Virus record (IMG/VR): IMGVR_UViG_2541047873_000006
DNA from: a virus
Lineage: Duplodnaviria; Heunggongvirae; Uroviricota; Caudoviricetes
Strand: one strand, 5' to 3'
Length of the DNA: 37,458 bases
The position numbers and the translations under genes were made by a program. Numbering within the stretch: the stretch's first letter is position 1; every line of letters begins with the position of its first letter. The notes under the pieces were generated by a model. The model saw only the letters and a program-made list of their open reading frames with translations. It made no database searches and was not told the DNA's origin. Positions 35,302-37,458 of the stretch are shown here, piece by piece.

Positions 35302-36195
35302 ATGAAAAATATAATTTTTTCTATAGGTGCATCATTTATATCAATTAGTGTACTGCCTGTTCACGCAGCAACTGAACATAATAACTTCAATGCAGTACTC
35401 CAGTGCCGAGCAATAGAAAATAATAAAGACAGACTTTCTTGTTACGATAAGTCAATACAACCGACTCGAACGAAAGTTGCTGAAAAATTCGAAAGCAGAG
35501 ATCAATGCCCTGATGAGAAAGATGATGACAGACGTTTATCTTGTTATGATCGTTTTTTTTCTCCAACATTTACTCCATCTGTAAACTCAAAATCTAAAAC
35601 GGAAAAGCCAGTAACAACAGAGGCTCAGCAACCAAATCTTTCTGAGATATCTAAATGCCGAGCAGAAAATGATAAAGAAGCCAGACTAAACTGCTACGAT
35701 AAACTATTCCCACAGGATAAAGCTGTTCAAGCTGAATCAAAATTAGAGAAAGCCACAGATGTAGGAAAATGGCACACATCCATTACTACATCGCCAATTG
35801 ATGATTCGAAAAATGTAATTTTATCGTTAGAAAGTGATGATTATATCAGAACTCCATTTGGAGAAGCGGTTACTCCCACTCTGTTTATAGCTTGCCGAGA
35901 AAAGAAAACCGAAGTATTTCTTAGTTGGGATGTATATTTAGGCCTTGAACAAACCAGCATGCTTTATCGTCTTGATAAACAGAAAGCAGTTGAGCGAAAC
36001 TGGCTAGTATCTACAGATACAAAGGCTGTTTTTTATAAAGGTAATGACATTGATTTCATCCGAAAACTAGCCAACTCAAACAAAATGTATACAAAAATAA
36101 CTCCTTATAATGAGAGCCCTGTAAGTGCAACTTTCAATTTAAACGGCCTGTCAAACGCGCTAAAACCACTTCAAGCTGCTTGTAACTGGAAATAG
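35302..36195 (+). CDS. Secreted protein with three Cys-pair repeats (297 aa), AT-rich cargo
   Basis: Track ORF; signal-peptide-like N-terminus; three repeats of C-x(7-9)-RL-x-CYD-[KR]; starts 5 nt after the previous stop. Confidence 0.65.
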   Translation: MKNIIFSIGASFISISVLPVHAATEHNNFNAVLQCRAIENNKDRLSCYDKSIQPTRTKVAEKFESRDQCPDEKDDDRRLSCYDRFFSPTFTPSVNSKSKTEKPVTTEAQQPNLSEISKCRAENDKEARLNCYDKLFPQDKAVQAESKLEKATDVGKWHTSITTSPIDDSKNVILSLESDDYIRTPFGEAVTPTLFIACREKKTEVFLSWDVYLGLEQTSMLYRLDKQKAVERNWLVSTDTKAVFYKGNDIDFIRKLANSNKMYTKITPYNESPVSATFNLNGLSNALKPLQAACNWK

Positions 36196-36221
36196 CATAA
36201 ATCATGTGGCTTAGCCACAAT

Positions 36222-36266
36222 CACAGATAACACAAAGCCCGTGAAAACGGGCTTTGTGTTATCTGT
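36222..36266 (+). terminator. Long perfect palindrome / terminator-like hairpin after the cargo operon
   Basis: CAGATAACACAAAGCCCG-TGAAAA-CGGGCTTTGTGTTATCTG, an 18-19 bp perfect stem; not followed by a clean T-run. Confidence 0.45.
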
Positions 36267-36276
36267 AACTCGAAAA

Positions 36277-36297
36277 TGTGGTCACTACGTGGACACG
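36277..36297. repeat. Candidate attR core (imperfect copy of sequence at window 10-30)
   Basis: TGTGGTCACTACGTGGACACG versus CGTGGACACTGCGTGGACACT at positions 10-30 (17 of 21 identical); similarity stops on both sides. Confidence 0.3.
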
Positions 36298-36462
36298 TGC
36301 TGATATAAATCCTTTTATATCAATAAATTAAATCATCATTTTTTTCATCAACAAGGATTTTCACGTTTGTGTTACCTGTATGAGACGAGAGTTAACCGGA
36401 CAAGTGTGCCATAATCTCGCGGCCAGGCATACTTGCGAAGATTTCAGGTATAAGGATACGTA

Positions 36463-37458
36463 ATGATACAACCTATTTCCGGCCCTCCTCCTGGGCAACC
36501 ACCAGGTCAGGGAGATAACCTGCCGTCTGGCGCGGGCAATCAGCCTTTATCCAGTCAGCAACGTACTTCGCTGGAAAGCTTAATGACGAAAGTGACCTCA
36601 CTGACGCAACAGCAAAGAGCAGAACTGTGGGCGGGTATCAGGCACGATATTGGTCTGTCGGGAGATTCACCGCTGCTTTCGCGTCACTTCCCTGCCGCTG
36701 AGCATAATCTGGCGCAACGTCTGCTGGCCGCGCAAAAAAGCCATTCTGCCCGCCAGCTTTTAGCGCAATTAGGGGAGTATCTACGTCTGGGGAATAATCG
36801 TCAGGCGGTCACGGATTATATCCGTCATAACTTTGGTCAGACGCCGCTGAATCAGCTCTCTCCGGAGCAATTAAAGACCATTCTCACCCTGTTGCAGGAA
36901 GGGAAGATGGTTATTCCGCAACCTCAGCAGCGCGAGGCGACCGACCGTCCGTTATTACCGGCGGAGCACAATGCGCTCAAACAGCTGGTGACCAAACTTG
37001 CGGCGGCAACGGGAGAACCCAGCAAGCAGATCTGGCAATCGATGCTGGAACTTTCCGGGGTGAAAGATGGCGAGTTAATTCCAGCGAAACTGTTTAACCA
37101 TCTGGTGACCTGGCTACAGGCGCGTCAGACGCTAAGCCAGCAAAATACGCCGACGCTTGAATCACTACAGATGGCGCTGAAACAACCTTTAGATGCCAGT
37201 GAACTGGCGGCGTTATCGGCATATATCCAGCAAAAATATGGTCTTTCTGCGCAATCATCGCTTTCTTCAGCCCAGGCCGAGGATATTCTTAATCAGCTTT
37301 ATCAACGGCGGGTTAAAGGGATTGATCCGCGTGATATGCAACCGCTGCTTAATCCTTTTCCACCGATGATGGACACGTTGCAAAATATGGCAACGCGTCC
37401 CGCGCTGTGGATACTGTTAGTCGCGATTATCCTGACGCTGGTCTGGCTGGTTCGTTAA
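36463..37458 (+). CDS. flk: Host gene resembling flagellar regulator Flk (C-terminally membrane-anchored), 331 aa
   Basis: Track ORF; Pro/Gly/Gln-rich N-terminus MIQPISGPPPGQPPGQ and a single C-terminal hydrophobic anchor (PALWILLVAIILTLVWLVR); identification is from memory. Confidence 0.55.
   Translation: MIQPISGPPPGQPPGQGDNLPSGAGNQPLSSQQRTSLESLMTKVTSLTQQQRAELWAGIRHDIGLSGDSPLLSRHFPAAEHNLAQRLLAAQKSHSARQLLAQLGEYLRLGNNRQAVTDYIRHNFGQTPLNQLSPEQLKTILTLLQEGKMVIPQPQQREATDRPLLPAEHNALKQLVTKLAAATGEPSKQIWQSMLELSGVKDGELIPAKLFNHLVTWLQARQTLSQQNTPTLESLQMALKQPLDASELAALSAYIQQKYGLSAQSSLSSAQAEDILNQLYQRRVKGIDPRDMQPLLNPFPPMMDTLQNMATRPALWILLVAIILTLVWLVR

Noticed and set aside
1-37458. CRISPR arrays, tRNA/tmRNA genes, rRNA, IS elements or transposase genes
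   Set aside because: No regularly spaced short direct repeats, no cloverleaf-like candidates at the prophage ends, and no transposase-like ORFs were seen; absence is by eye only and should be confirmed with tRNAscan, Infernal and ISfinder-type searches.

Overview
The window is almost entirely one P2-like (peduovirus-type) temperate myovirus prophage from an enterobacterial chromosome. All calls rest on reading the ORF track and sequence by eye and on recalled P2, R1 ParM/ParR and Hok protein sequences; no search was run, and coordinates of short motifs may be off by 1-2 nt. Gene order in prophage orientation: integrase (1-1005, minus), C repressor, Cox, an early operon of small unknown ORFs, rolling-circle initiator A, an accessory cassette in the A-Q position (ParM/ParR actin-type partition pair plus three small ORFs), a candidate cos region, portal Q and terminase P (minus), head genes O N M L, X, holin, M15 endolysin, Rz/Rz1, R S, baseplate V W J I, tail fibre H and chaperone G, then the FI FII E E' T U block on the minus strand (inverted relative to canonical P2), D, an AT-rich 340-aa cargo gene, ogr, a Hok-like type I toxin, an AT-rich two-gene module, and a host-like gene resembling flk at the right edge. 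No rRNA, tRNA, CRISPR array or IS element was recognised. The best candidates for something undescribed are the D-ogr cargo gene with a C-terminal HEPN-like R-x4-H motif, the ParMR-linked trio of small ORFs, the structured region at 4594-4904, and the two-gene module at 34965-36195.
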